Counted from the stretch's first letter, positions 1 to 8,680 are shown. The stretch is 34,209 bases of DNA from an uncultured Gammaproteobacteria bacterium (GCA_964414335.1 CAYPWC010000001.1:1-34209), one strand, 5' to 3'. The notes: generated by a model from the sequence alone, not told the origin. Made by a program: numbers and translations.

Positions 1-1
1 T

Positions 2-538
2 CCTTTTGGCTTTAAAGAGCTTGAAGGTGTTCATGCTCGTGGTAATTATGATTTGACCGTTCATGGTAAGGCGTCAGGGCAGGATTTAAACTACCTTGAC
101 CCAGCGACTAACCAAAAGTTTATTCCCCATGTCGTCGAGACATCAGCCGGGGTGGGCAGAATATTTTTAGCCGCGCTCACCGAATTTTATCGTGAAGAAG
201 CTTTGGCGGGGGACACGCGGATAGTTTTAGCCTTGCCCCCTCGATTAGCGCCAATTAAAATTGCCGTTTTTCCTTTGTTAAAGAATAAGCCGGAATTAGT
301 AAGTAAAGCACGAGAGATTTTTGATCAGCTAAAACTTAATTGGCGTTGTGAGTTTGATGATAATGGTAACATTGGTAAGCGCTATCGCCGTCAGGATGAA
401 ATCGGTACTCCGTATTGTCTAACCATTGATTTTGATACGCTAGAAAACGGAGAGGTTACCGTTCGTGATCGCGATACCATGGAACAAGTCAGAATTAAAA
501 TTAGTGAACTAGAAAATTTTTTCCGAACTAAGTTATAA
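2..538 (+). CDS. glyQS: glycine--tRNA ligase (class II GlyQS type), C-terminal anticodon-binding part; the 5' end lies outside the window
   Basis: The frame is open from nt 2 (PFGFKELEGVHARGNYDLTVH...), so the track's M at 53 is really an internal TTG Leu. The strings LAPIKIAVFPL, GKRYRRQDEIGTPYCLTIDFDT and VTVRDRDTMEQ are typical of the GlyRS anticodon-binding domain. TAA stop at 536-538. Confidence 0.85.
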   Translation, partial: PFGFKELEGVHARGNYDLTVHGKASGQDLNYLDPATNQKFIPHVVETSAGVGRIFLAALTEFYREEALAGDTRIVLALPPRLAPIKIAVFPLLKNKPELVSKAREIFDQLKLNWRCEFDDNGNIGKRYRRQDEIGTPYCLTIDFDTLENGEVTVRDRDTMEQVRIKISELENFFRTKL

Positions 539-563
539 GAAGCGATTAAAAATGTTTAATAAA

Positions 564-601
564 ATTCCTTCCCGACTGGAATCAAGGGAAGGAATTTTTT
601 A
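564..601 (+). terminator. Rho-independent terminator after glyQS
   Basis: Perfect 10-bp stem attccttccc (564-573) / gggaaggaat (586-595), followed by a T-run at 596-600. Confidence 0.6.
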
Positions 602-636
602 ATTTAGAGTTTTTGGCAAAAAAAGGGGAAAAAGTA

Positions 637-665
637 TTGCAGCTTATATTTAATAGTTGTATAAT
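637..665 (+). promoter_or_regulatory. sigma70-like promoter for the small Lys-rich gene
   Basis: TTGCAG (637-642), a 17-nt spacer, then TATAAT (660-665). It lies about 85 nt upstream of the ATG at 749. Confidence 0.5.
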
Positions 666-748
666 ATAAATAGGAGATAAAAAAATTTTAAAAAAATTTT
701 TCTAAATTAAAAAAAGAATTTAATTTACTCAAGGAAGGGGGTGAGATT

Positions 749-886
749 ATGAAAAAGAAAGCTAAAAAAGTTGTAAAAAAAGCTACTAAGAAGCCGGTAA
801 AGAAGGCTGTTAAAAAAGTTGCTAAAAAAGCGGTGAAGAAAGTTGTTAAGAAAGCCGTTAAGAAAGTAGCTAAGAAGAAGAAATAA
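749..886 (+). CDS. 45-aa lysine-rich basic protein, histone H1-like / (KKxx)n tail-like; putative nucleoid or nucleic-acid binding protein
   Basis: Not in the ORF track because it is too short. ATG at 749 is preceded by the strong SD GGAAGGGGGTGAG (733-745). Translation: MKKKAKKVVKKATKKPVKKAVKKVAKKAVKKVVKKAVKKVAKKKK. TAA at 884-886. It has its own promoter and a downstream hairpin. Confidence 0.6.
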   Translation: MKKKAKKVVKKATKKPVKKAVKKVAKKAVKKVVKKAVKKVAKKKK

Positions 887-948
887 ATTATCTAAAGTTT
901 ATTAATTAAATAATTAGTAAATTTTGTTAATTTAAAAATTATACAAAG

Positions 949-977
949 AACGTTCTGCCTTGGTAGGGCGTTTTTTG
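949..977 (+). terminator. putative Rho-independent terminator after the Lys-rich ORF
   Basis: aacgttctgcc / ggtagggcgtt pair with G-U wobbles and are followed by TTTTTT (971-976). Confidence 0.4.
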
Positions 978-1004
978 TATAAAAGCGCTTAAAATAAGGT
1001 TAAT

Positions 1005-1036
1005 AAAAAAGAGTTATCGGGAGATAACTCTTATTT
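1005..1036 (-). terminator. bidirectional-looking terminator downstream of the minus-strand 197-aa gene
   Basis: 9-bp stem agagttatc (1010-1018) / gataactct (1023-1031). It is flanked by an A-run upstream and a T-run downstream, so it reads as hairpin plus U-tract on both strands. Confidence 0.55.
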
Positions 1037-1056
1037 TTAAGGTTACGAGAAGAAAA

Positions 1057-1650
1057 TTATTTTTTAATTATTTCTTCAAGTCGTACACAGAGATCTTTCT
1101 TTCCGGGAATCAACACCTCTTGAGGGAATCCCTTTAGCGGCGCTCCCAGCTTAAGACTGAGAAGAGCCTCTTTGAGGTCCTGGGTTTTCTTTTCGGGGAA
1201 GATGTCAATGATTATCATTTCTTCCCTGGTGGCGATATCAACTTTTTTATTAATGTTGACGACCGCTACCATTTCTTTTCCCAAAAAACTTTTTTCGATG
1301 TAGAAGTTTCTTACTACTGTTGGTCTAAGAGAACCATCAGCTCTTCTTTCGGGATGATCACCGTGGCGGTAGTGGGCGGGAATTTCCAGGTTAACCAGTT
1401 TTTGAAGCTGATCGTCGGCGAAGACAAATATTTCATTTTTGCCGACGTACTTGAGGTAGGGGGCGCTTTCGTCAGGGACCCTCAGTTTAACGAGGCCGGC
1501 CTTTGTTTGGCTCTCGTAATAGGAGTTGACGAGGACGACTTCATCTCGGCCCTCTTTTTCTCTTTTCTCATTTTCGTTTTTTACGGCTTTCTGAGCCAGC
1601 TCGATCCGTTCTTCGGCGATAATCTGGCTTTTCTTTTTCAACGTTTTCAT
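1057..1650 (-). CDS. hypothetical protein (197 aa), no family recognised
   Basis: Only long ORF here with protein-like composition: a charged, coiled-looking N-terminus (KKKSQIIAEERIELAQKAVKNENEKREKEGRDE) followed by a mixed alpha/beta-like region. It has its own consensus-like promoter and terminator. The overlapping + ORF 1354-1701 looks like an antisense shadow. Confidence 0.6.
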   Translation of the reverse strand: MKTLKKKSQIIAEERIELAQKAVKNENEKREKEGRDEVVLVNSYYESQTKAGLVKLRVPDESAPYLKYVGKNEIFVFADDQLQKLVNLEIPAHYRHGDHPERRADGSLRPTVVRNFYIEKSFLGKEMVAVVNINKKVDIATREEMIIIDIFPEKKTQDLKEALLSLKLGAPLKGFPQEVLIPGKKDLCVRLEEIIKK

Positions 1651-1700
1651 CAGTTTCAGTTTTTATTTTTATTATTAAGTTTTCAAATAACTAACTTTTG

Positions 1701-1729
1701 ATAATAGCACATTTATATATAAATGTCAA
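1701..1729 (-). promoter_or_regulatory. near-consensus sigma70 promoter (minus strand) for the 197-aa orphan gene
   Basis: Read on the minus strand: TTGACA (complement of 1724-1729), a 17-nt spacer, then TATTAT (complement of 1701-1706) preceded by TGc (extended -10). It lies about 45 nt upstream of the start codon at 1650. Confidence 0.5.
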
Positions 1730-1816
1730 TTATTTAGATAATTTTAATGTCCCCTATTATATAATGTATAGTCAGGGAGCAATTACTAATTATATTTAGC
1801 TAATATTAAGTAATAT

Positions 1817-2650
1817 ATGAAGATATTAAAAAAACGCCTAGGATTGGTTGTTTTAGTTGTGACTCTTTTCTTATTATTGGCCCTTATTTTTAAATTATCT
1901 GGTAGAAGCGGGAAGATTGAAGTGATTTTTCTAGACGTGGGCCAAGGGGACGCGTCTTTAATAAAATTACCTAATAATAAGAAAATATTAATAGATGGTG
2001 GTCCAGACAATCTTATTCTTAGGCGTCTAGGCAGTAATTTGTCATTTTTTGACCGCCGGATAGACTTAATGGTTTTAAGCCACGCTCATGATGACCATTT
2101 ACTAGGCTTAATTGAGGTTGTAAACCGCTATCAGATTGGAACCATTATATATATGAGGGGAATAGACGAGTCTGATCTTTTTAAAATTTGGTTAGCTGCT
2201 GCTAAAAAATCGGGCACAGAGGTAATTTCCCTAGAGAGCGAGGGGAGATTAGAATATTTTCCTGGTTGTTCTTTAACGTTTTTTAATCCCCTTGCTTGGG
2301 GAGCGAAGACTGATGGCAATAATTCTCTCATAACTAAACTAAATTGTCTTTCGGCCTCAGCCTTGTTTACGGGTGATAATAGTGCTCGAGTTGAAGATTT
2401 AATGATAAAAAAAGGAGTGGCGCTGACGGCTAAAATTCTTAAGGCTGGTCACCATGGCTCTAAGACTGCTAATAGTCAGAAATTTTTAGAGGCGGTTAAT
2501 CCGGAGCGGCTTATCATTTCGGTCGGCGCTAATAATCGCTTCGGCCATCCAAGTCCGGAAATCATAAAAATCCTAGAAAAAATGGGGATAAAATTTAATC
2601 GAACTGATTATGAAGGAACGATAAAAATTGAATTTTTATCGATTTTTTAA
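1817..2650 (+). CDS. ComEC/Rec2-type metallo-beta-lactamase domain protein with an N-terminal membrane anchor (stand-alone MBL module)
   Basis: Hydrophobic N-terminus LGLVVLVVTLFLLLALIF. Motifs VIFLDVGQGDASLI...ILIDGG, SHAHDDHLLG, LKAGHHGSKTANS and NRFGHPSPE match the C-terminal lactamase_B domain of ComEC. Confidence 0.8.
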   Translation: MKILKKRLGLVVLVVTLFLLLALIFKLSGRSGKIEVIFLDVGQGDASLIKLPNNKKILIDGGPDNLILRRLGSNLSFFDRRIDLMVLSHAHDDHLLGLIEVVNRYQIGTIIYMRGIDESDLFKIWLAAAKKSGTEVISLESEGRLEYFPGCSLTFFNPLAWGAKTDGNNSLITKLNCLSASALFTGDNSARVEDLMIKKGVALTAKILKAGHHGSKTANSQKFLEAVNPERLIISVGANNRFGHPSPEIIKILEKMGIKFNRTDYEGTIKIEFLSIF

Positions 2651-2662
2651 GCTTATTTTTGT

Positions 2663-2691
2663 TTGACCGCGTGGCCACCTTTTGTTATACT
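2663..2691 (+). promoter_or_regulatory. sigma70-like promoter with extended -10
   Basis: TTGACC (2663-2668), a 17-nt spacer, then TATACT (2686-2691) preceded by TGt. Confidence 0.55.
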
Positions 2692-2732
2692 GAAAATAAG
2701 GTTAAACAACCTATTTTTATTGTAAAAGATAT

Positions 2733-3377
2733 ATGATTATTACTTGGCAAGGGCATTCGTGCTTTAAAATTCAAGATAAAATTGGTCCCGAAGGGGTGGC
2801 GGTAGTGACCGATCCGTTTAATAAAGAAACGGGATTAAAGGTTCCTAATTTTGAAGCTGATATTATTACTGTTTCTCATGATCATAAAGATCATAATAAT
2901 GTTGGGGCTTTGCGCGGCAACCCTTTTGTGATTTCGTGCGCCGGTGAGTATGATTTTAAAGGAGTTTTAATTGAGGGAATTGATTCATATCATGATGAGA
3001 AAAAAGGTGAGGCTCGCGGAGGGAATATTGTTTATCGCATTGAAATCGATGATATTTCGGTCGCTCATTTGGGTGATTTGGGGGAGGTATTAGATAATAG
3101 TCAGATAGAAAAATTAGCAGGGACTGATGTTTTACTAATTCCCGTGGGAGGTAAATATACTTTGGATGCTAAAAAAGCAGTTGAAGTTATTTCTCAGATT
3201 GAGCCGCGGATTATTATTCCGATGCACTATCAAACCGATGGCTTAAAAATAGATTTAGATTCGGTTGATAAATTTATCAAAGAAATTGGTTTGACGCCGA
3301 CCTATGAAGAAAAATTAAAAATTTCCAAGAAAGATCTTCCTCAGGAAGATATGGAGTTAGTGATTTTAAGTATTTAA
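2733..3377 (+). CDS. MBL-fold metal-dependent hydrolase, UPF0173-like
   Basis: The N-terminus MIITWQGHSCFKIQ, then VSHDHKDHNN, AHLGDLG and a PMHY-containing C-terminus, are typical of the UPF0173 beta-lactamase-fold family. Confidence 0.8.
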   Translation: MIITWQGHSCFKIQDKIGPEGVAVVTDPFNKETGLKVPNFEADIITVSHDHKDHNNVGALRGNPFVISCAGEYDFKGVLIEGIDSYHDEKKGEARGGNIVYRIEIDDISVAHLGDLGEVLDNSQIEKLAGTDVLLIPVGGKYTLDAKKAVEVISQIEPRIIIPMHYQTDGLKIDLDSVDKFIKEIGLTPTYEEKLKISKKDLPQEDMELVILSI

Positions 3378-3409
3378 TTATCGTCTCTTTAAGGAGACTA
3401 AATAAGTTT

Positions 3410-4012
3410 ATGAATAATCCGAAAAAAGAAAGAACTTTAGTAATTCTTAAGCCCGACGCTGTTCAGCGGGGTTTAGTTGGTGAAATTATCAAGCGAATCG
3501 AAAACACCGGTTTAAAATTAATCGCTCTTAAAATTGTTAATGCGACCGAAGATCAGTTGTGGGCACATTATAGTAAGGATGACGAGTGGTTCTTGAAAAA
3601 GGGAACGAGAACGGTTGAAGAGCGCCAAGCAATGGGCTTACCAATTGAAAAGGAGGCGATTGAATACGGAAAAGATATTATTCGTGCTCTAGTTAAGTTT
3701 ATGAGTTGCGGTCCAGTAGTGCCGATGGTTTGGGAGGGTAATCGAGCAGCCGGAATTGTTAAAAAAATTGTTGGCGCAACTGAACCCTTGTCTTCTGATG
3801 GCGGAACCATTCGTGGCGACTATACCCTTGATTCCTATGAACTAGCTAGCCTTGATGGTCGAGCAGTGAGAAATTTAATTCATTGTTCAGACCCAGTAGA
3901 AGACGCTATCCGAGAAATTCCTATTTGGTTTACCGATAAAGAGGTTTTGGAATATCGTTTGATTGCCGAACAGATCCTCTACGATATTAATTTGGATGGC
4001 ATTAAGGAATAA
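3410..4012 (+). CDS. ndk: nucleoside-diphosphate kinase, long form with an internal insertion and a C-terminal extension
   Basis: SD AAGGAG at 3391-3396. Motifs ERTLVILKPDAVQRGLVGEII, GPVVPMVWEG, GTIRGDY and NLIHCSD (catalytic His). Confidence 0.85.
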   Translation: MNNPKKERTLVILKPDAVQRGLVGEIIKRIENTGLKLIALKIVNATEDQLWAHYSKDDEWFLKKGTRTVEERQAMGLPIEKEAIEYGKDIIRALVKFMSCGPVVPMVWEGNRAAGIVKKIVGATEPLSSDGGTIRGDYTLDSYELASLDGRAVRNLIHCSDPVEDAIREIPIWFTDKEVLEYRLIAEQILYDINLDGIKE

Positions 4013-4014
4013 AT

Positions 4015-4482
4015 ATGGAAGAGCGGGCCAAAAAAATTTTTTTAATGAAAGTGGGGATTATTGCTCTCATGGCTTTGATTTTTATTTTTTGGCTGTTGAA
4101 TATAAAAAATGTTTTTAAGGTTAATCAAGTTAATCAGGTCGAGAACGATTTAAAATGGGGAGAGGTTCGAGATGAACTGGGAGAAACGCTTGATCAGTTA
4201 GGAGATAATTTTCAGAAAATTAATGAAACGAATGAAAATTTAAAAGCAGCGAGCAGTTCGCTTGTTAACGAGATTATTAAAGAAGCCGATAAAATTGCTT
4301 CCTCCTCAACTGCTAGTAGTTCAATTCCGGTTAAGAGCGAGACTGTTTCTGAGGAAGGGGTGCCTGAAAAACCAAACAGTGCTAATTGCCCAGAATATAT
4401 TAACTGCATGCCAACGATTGGTGAAATGCGACCATGTATAATTCCAGTTGGCTGTGAAGGAATAACACAAATTGCGTATTAA
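4015..4482 (+). CDS. hypothetical membrane-anchored protein with a Ser-rich linker and a C-terminal 4-Cys motif
   Basis: The ATG lies 2 nt after the ndk stop. Features are a single TM segment (IIALMALIFIFWLL), an acidic coiled-looking region, ASSSTASSS, and a C-terminal CPEYINCMPTIGEMRPCIIPVGC. Confidence 0.6.
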   Translation: MEERAKKIFLMKVGIIALMALIFIFWLLNIKNVFKVNQVNQVENDLKWGEVRDELGETLDQLGDNFQKINETNENLKAASSSLVNEIIKEADKIASSSTASSSIPVKSETVSEEGVPEKPNSANCPEYINCMPTIGEMRPCIIPVGCEGITQIAY

Positions 4483-4491
4483 TTTTTATTT

Positions 4492-7017
4492 ATGCCTAAT
4501 ACCGACAAAGATCAAAAAAAGAATAGCGAAACCGAAGAGCCGAAGATTATTGCCAATTCTCGTCGTCAGACAGAGTTTGGAATAATTCAGGATCAGCCGC
4601 TTGTGGAGGAAATGAGTAAATCATATTTGGAATATGCCATGAGCGTTATTGTTTCCCGGGCGTTACCAGATGTGCGCGATGGCATGAAACCAGTTCATCG
4701 TCGAATTTTATATGCCATGTGGAATATCGGCTTGAAGGCTAATGTGAAATTTAGAAAATCAGCGACAGTTGTCGGTGAAGTTTTGGGTAAATATCATCCT
4801 CACGGTGATTCGGCTGTTTATGAATCAATGGTGAGAATGGCTCAAGAATTTTCCATGCGCTATCCGCTTGTTCGTGGTCAAGGAAACTTTGGCTCTATGG
4901 ACGGAGATAATGCTGCGGCGATGCGTTATACAGAAGCAAAGCTTTCGGCTATCTCTGAAGAAATGTTATTTGATATTGATAAAGATACGGTTGATTTTAT
5001 TCCTAACTATGATGGCAGCCATAAGGAACCACGAGTTTTGCCAGCCAAGCTTCCTAATTTGCTATTAAATGGCACTATGGGAATCGCTGTTGGTATGGCA
5101 ACTAACATTCCTCCCCATAACTTAAGAGAGTTGGCTGATGCGATTGATTATTTAATTGAAAATCCGGAAGCCAGTATTGAAGATTTAATGCAGTTTGTAA
5201 AAGGCCCAGACTTTCCGACTGGGGGCATTATCTATGATAAGAAAGAAATTTTAGCAGCCTATTCTACCGGTAAAGGCGGCGTTGTTTTACGTGGTAAAGC
5301 GGAAATTGAGGAACAAAAAGGAGGAAACTTTCAAATCATTGTTTCTGAAATTCCCTACCAAGTTAATAAGGCCGATCTAGTGGAGAAGATTGCCGATTTG
5401 GTAAAAGATAAAAAACTTGAAGGCATTAAGGCGCTACGAGACGAATCCGATAAGGATGGTGTCCGTATTGTTATGGAGCTTAAGAAGGACTCCTATCCGA
5501 AGAAAATTTTAAATAGTTTGTATAAACACACTTCTTTGCAAACCACTTTTCACTTGAACATGTTGGCGCTAGTTGATGGCATCCAGCCAAAAGTATTGAC
5601 GCTTAAGATGATTTTAGAGGAATATATTAAGCATCGCGAAGAAGTGATTCGTCGCCGAACTCAGTTTGATTTGAACAAAGCCAAGGATCGAGCCCATATT
5701 TTAGAGGGCCTCATGATTGCTTTAAAGCATATTGATGAAGTAATTAAAACTATTAAGGCTTCTAAGGACAAGGAAATTGCTAAGGCCAATTTAATTAAGA
5801 AGTTTAAACTTTCCGAACGACAGGCGGTGGCGATTTTAGAGATGCGTCTTCAGAGTCTGGCTAACCTTGAGCAGCTTAGAATTGAGCAAGAACTTAAAGA
5901 AAAACAGGCCCTAATTAAAGAACTTGAGGCAATTTTGAAATCAGTTGCTAAGATCAGAAAGATTGTTAAGGATGAGCTTAAAGTTTTGGCTGATAAATAT
6001 GGTGATGATCGTAAAACAGCAGTGGTCGCTCATGGTGTCAAAGAGTTTAGTATGGAAGATTTAGTTCCCAATGAAGAGACAGTGGTAATGATGACAAGGG
6101 ATGGTTATATTAAACGCTTAGAACCAGATACGTTTAAAGTCCAGGCAAGAGGCGGAAAAGGTGTCATGGGTCTTACCACTAAAGAAGAAGATACGGTGGA
6201 ATTCATGTTTACCTCTCTAACTCATAATGACGTCCTTTTCTTTACCACTAAGGGTCGGGCTTTTCAACTTAAAGTTTATGAAATTCCTCAAGCCTCCCGA
6301 GTAGCCAAAGGTACGCCCGTGGTTAATTTTTTACAACTTATTGGGGGCGAACAAATTTCTTCAATTTTACCATTAGATAAAGCGGTGTTTAGCAAATACC
6401 TTTTCTTTGCCACGGAAAAAGGTTTAGTAAAGAAGGTGGAGTTAAGCGCCTTTAATAATGTTCGTCGGAGTGGTTTAATCGCTATTAAAATTAAAGATGA
6501 CGATAAATTAATTTGGGTTAAGCCTACTTCCGGAAGCGATCATATTCAGCTCGTAACCGCTAAGGGACAAGCAATTAGATTTAAAGAAACAGATGTTAGA
6601 GATATGGGTCGAGGGGCGGCCGGCGTTCATGGTATTAGATTACGAAAAGATGATTTGGTTATTGGTATGGGTGTAGCTAAAACGGACAAAGAGAGAAAGA
6701 GAAATTATCAGATTTTAACAATCATGGCCCATGGTTTCGGAAAAAGAACAGATCTTGGTTCTTATAAGCTTCAGGGTCGTGGTGGGAGCGGTATTAAAAC
6801 CGCGAAAACAACCACTAAGACGGGTGATATTACTAATGCTTTCTTGGTCAATGCGGACACAATGGCTGAACGGGATTTAATAATTATTTCTGAAAAAGGC
6901 CAAGTGATTAGAACGCCGTTTAAATCAGTGAGCGTTTTGGGTCGCGATACTCAAGGGGTTAGAATTATGCGGTTTAAAGAAGAAAATGATCGGGTTGCAG
7001 GAGTTACTTGGGTTTAG
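4492..7017 (+). CDS. gyrA: DNA gyrase subunit A
   Basis: Motifs [37 protein letters not shown] and [10 protein letters not shown] (catalytic Tyr), plus C-terminal beta-pinwheel repeats. Length is 841 aa. Confidence 0.95.
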   Translation: MPNTDKDQKKNSETEEPKIIANSRRQTEFGIIQDQPLVEEMSKSYLEYAMSVIVSRALPDVRDGMKPVHRRILYAMWNIGLKANVKFRKSATVVGEVLGKYHPHGDSAVYESMVRMAQEFSMRYPLVRGQGNFGSMDGDNAAAMRYTEAKLSAISEEMLFDIDKDTVDFIPNYDGSHKEPRVLPAKLPNLLLNGTMGIAVGMATNIPPHNLRELADAIDYLIENPEASIEDLMQFVKGPDFPTGGIIYDKKEILAAYSTGKGGVVLRGKAEIEEQKGGNFQIIVSEIPYQVNKADLVEKIADLVKDKKLEGIKALRDESDKDGVRIVMELKKDSYPKKILNSLYKHTSLQTTFHLNMLALVDGIQPKVLTLKMILEEYIKHREEVIRRRTQFDLNKAKDRAHILEGLMIALKHIDEVIKTIKASKDKEIAKANLIKKFKLSERQAVAILEMRLQSLANLEQLRIEQELKEKQALIKELEAILKSVAKIRKIVKDELKVLADKYGDDRKTAVVAHGVKEFSMEDLVPNEETVVMMTRDGYIKRLEPDTFKVQARGGKGVMGLTTKEEDTVEFMFTSLTHNDVLFFTTKGRAFQLKVYEIPQASRVAKGTPVVNFLQLIGGEQISSILPLDKAVFSKYLFFATEKGLVKKVELSAFNNVRRSGLIAIKIKDDDKLIWVKPTSGSDHIQLVTAKGQAIRFKETDVRDMGRGAAGVHGIRLRKDDLVIGMGVAKTDKERKRNYQILTIMAHGFGKRTDLGSYKLQGRGGSGIKTAKTTTKTGDITNAFLVNADTMAERDLIIISEKGQVIRTPFKSVSVLGRDTQGVRIMRFKEENDRVAGVTWV

Positions 7018-7022
7018 TAGTC

Positions 7023-7050
7023 AGGCCGGCCTTAGGCCGGCCTTTATATT
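7023..7050 (+). terminator. Rho-independent terminator after gyrA
   Basis: GC-rich perfect 9-bp stem aggccggcc (7023-7031) / ggccggcct (7035-7043) with loop tta, followed by a T-rich tail. Confidence 0.7.
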
Positions 7051-7083
7051 AACTTGTTTTAATTATTAAATAATACCAATTAT

Positions 7084-7515
7084 ATGAAGAAGTATTTTCG
7101 TGAATTTAAAGAGTTCGCGGTTAAGGGTAATGTTATTGATTTAGCGGTTGCCGTTATTATTGGCGGCGCTTTTGGAAAAATCGTTTCCTCTTTAGTCGCT
7201 GATGTGGTTATGCCCCTTTTAGGAGTGGTTTTAGGGGGAGTGGATTTTACCAGTTGGAAACTACTTTTAAAGCCAGCGGTTTTAGATCAAGTTGGAGTCG
7301 CTGTTAAGCCGGCGGTTACCATGAATTTGGGAGTTTTTATTCAGAATATTTTTGATTTTATTATTATTGCCTTGGCAATTTTTATGATGGTTAAGGTTCT
7401 AGGAAGATTAAAGCGCCGTTTAATTAAGGATGAGATTCAGGCAGAGGCGGCGCCAGCCCCCTTAACTAAAGATCAAGAGCTATTGGTTGAAATCAGAGAT
7501 TTGCTTAAAAAATAA
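7084..7515 (+). CDS. mscL: large-conductance mechanosensitive channel
   Basis: [41 protein letters not shown] is the canonical MscL N-terminus/TM1, and a second TM follows. Confidence 0.9.
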   Translation: MKKYFREFKEFAVKGNVIDLAVAVIIGGAFGKIVSSLVADVVMPLLGVVLGGVDFTSWKLLLKPAVLDQVGVAVKPAVTMNLGVFIQNIFDFIIIALAIFMMVKVLGRLKRRLIKDEIQAEAAPAPLTKDQELLVEIRDLLKK

Positions 7516-7552
7516 TTCAATAAACAATTAGTTTGTTCGGTAGATTAATTTT

Positions 7553-8680
7553 ATGAATGAATATTTTATCCTCTTTCTTTTAGTGGTTTTAATTATTGGT
7601 CTAGCAATGGTGATTTTTTTGTTGTTAAGAAAAAAGACTGATAATGGTGGAGTGAAGATGGATGCTTTGGCCGAGAGACTAATTCAACAATCAGAAAAAT
7701 TATCACAACTTTCTTTGCAAAATAGCGAATTACGCCAAGAGCTTGATAAGAAATTATCAGAGACTCATCGCAGTAATCAGGAACAGTTTGGACAAACAAC
7801 TAGAATTGTTCAAGATATTAGCGCTCAATCGGCCAAACTTATTTCCGAAGTCACGGAGAAACTAACAAAACTAGATGAGACCAATAAGCAGGTGGTTAAT
7901 TTTTCTGCTCAACTACAAAATCTTCAAGACATTCTTAAAAATCCAAAGCAACGAGGAGTTTTGGGCGAGTATTTTTTAGAGGAGACGTTAAAAAACGTTC
8001 TTCCGCCCAAATCATATGCGATGCAATATAAGCTTGGTAAGGAGGAGAAAACGGGCAAGGATTTAATTGTTGATGCGGTCGTGTTTGTTAAAGACAAAGT
8101 GATTCCTATTGATGCCAAGTTTTCTTTAGAAAATTATGAACGGATTTTAAATGCGACTGACAGTGAGGCCCGGGCGAAGCTTGAAGTAGTATTTAAGCAG
8201 GATTTAAAAAATAGAATTGACGAAACCGCCAAGTACGTTTTACCGGAGAAGAAAACGATGGATTTTGCTTTTATGTTTATTCCTTCCGAGGCAATTTACT
8301 ATGATTTATTGGTTAATAAGGTGGGGGCGGTCAAGGTTAATACTCGGGACTTGATTGAATATGCTTTTCGCGACAAGAAGGTAATTATTGTTTCGCCAAC
8401 TTCTTTTCTTGCCTACCTGCAAACAGTCCTGCAGGGTTTAAAGGCCATGCAAATTGAAGAGCGGGCTAAAGAAATTCGGGTTAATATTGAAAAATTAGGG
8501 AAGCATATGAATAGCTATGACGAGTTTATGAAGAAGCTAGGATTGAGCATGGGGACAGCAGTTAATCATTATAATAATGCTTATTTAGAGTTTAAGAAGA
8601 TCGATAAAGATGTTATGAGAATTACCGATAAAGAAAGCAAAATTGAAACTTTAAAAATAGATCGTCCTAAGAATGCTTAA
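7553..8680 (+). CDS. rmuC: DNA recombination protein RmuC
   Basis: An N-terminal TM is followed by a long coiled coil. KQRGVLGEYFLEETL, IDAKFSLENY and FMFIPSEAIYYDL are typical of the RmuC family. Confidence 0.85.
   Translation: MNEYFILFLLVVLIIGLAMVIFLLLRKKTDNGGVKMDALAERLIQQSEKLSQLSLQNSELRQELDKKLSETHRSNQEQFGQTTRIVQDISAQSAKLISEVTEKLTKLDETNKQVVNFSAQLQNLQDILKNPKQRGVLGEYFLEETLKNVLPPKSYAMQYKLGKEEKTGKDLIVDAVVFVKDKVIPIDAKFSLENYERILNATDSEARAKLEVVFKQDLKNRIDETAKYVLPEKKTMDFAFMFIPSEAIYYDLLVNKVGAVKVNTRDLIEYAFRDKKVIIVSPTSFLAYLQTVLQGLKAMQIEERAKEIRVNIEKLGKHMNSYDEFMKKLGLSMGTAVNHYNNAYLEFKKIDKDVMRITDKESKIETLKIDRPKNA

Noticed and set aside
1354-1701. 115-aa + strand ORF overlapping the 197-aa minus-strand gene
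   Set aside because: Its composition is Phe/Leu/Val-rich and low-complexity (…FFSFLIFVFYGF…FQFLFLLLSF), which is typical of an antisense shadow. It has no promoter or RBS, whereas the minus-strand ORF has a consensus-like promoter and a terminator.
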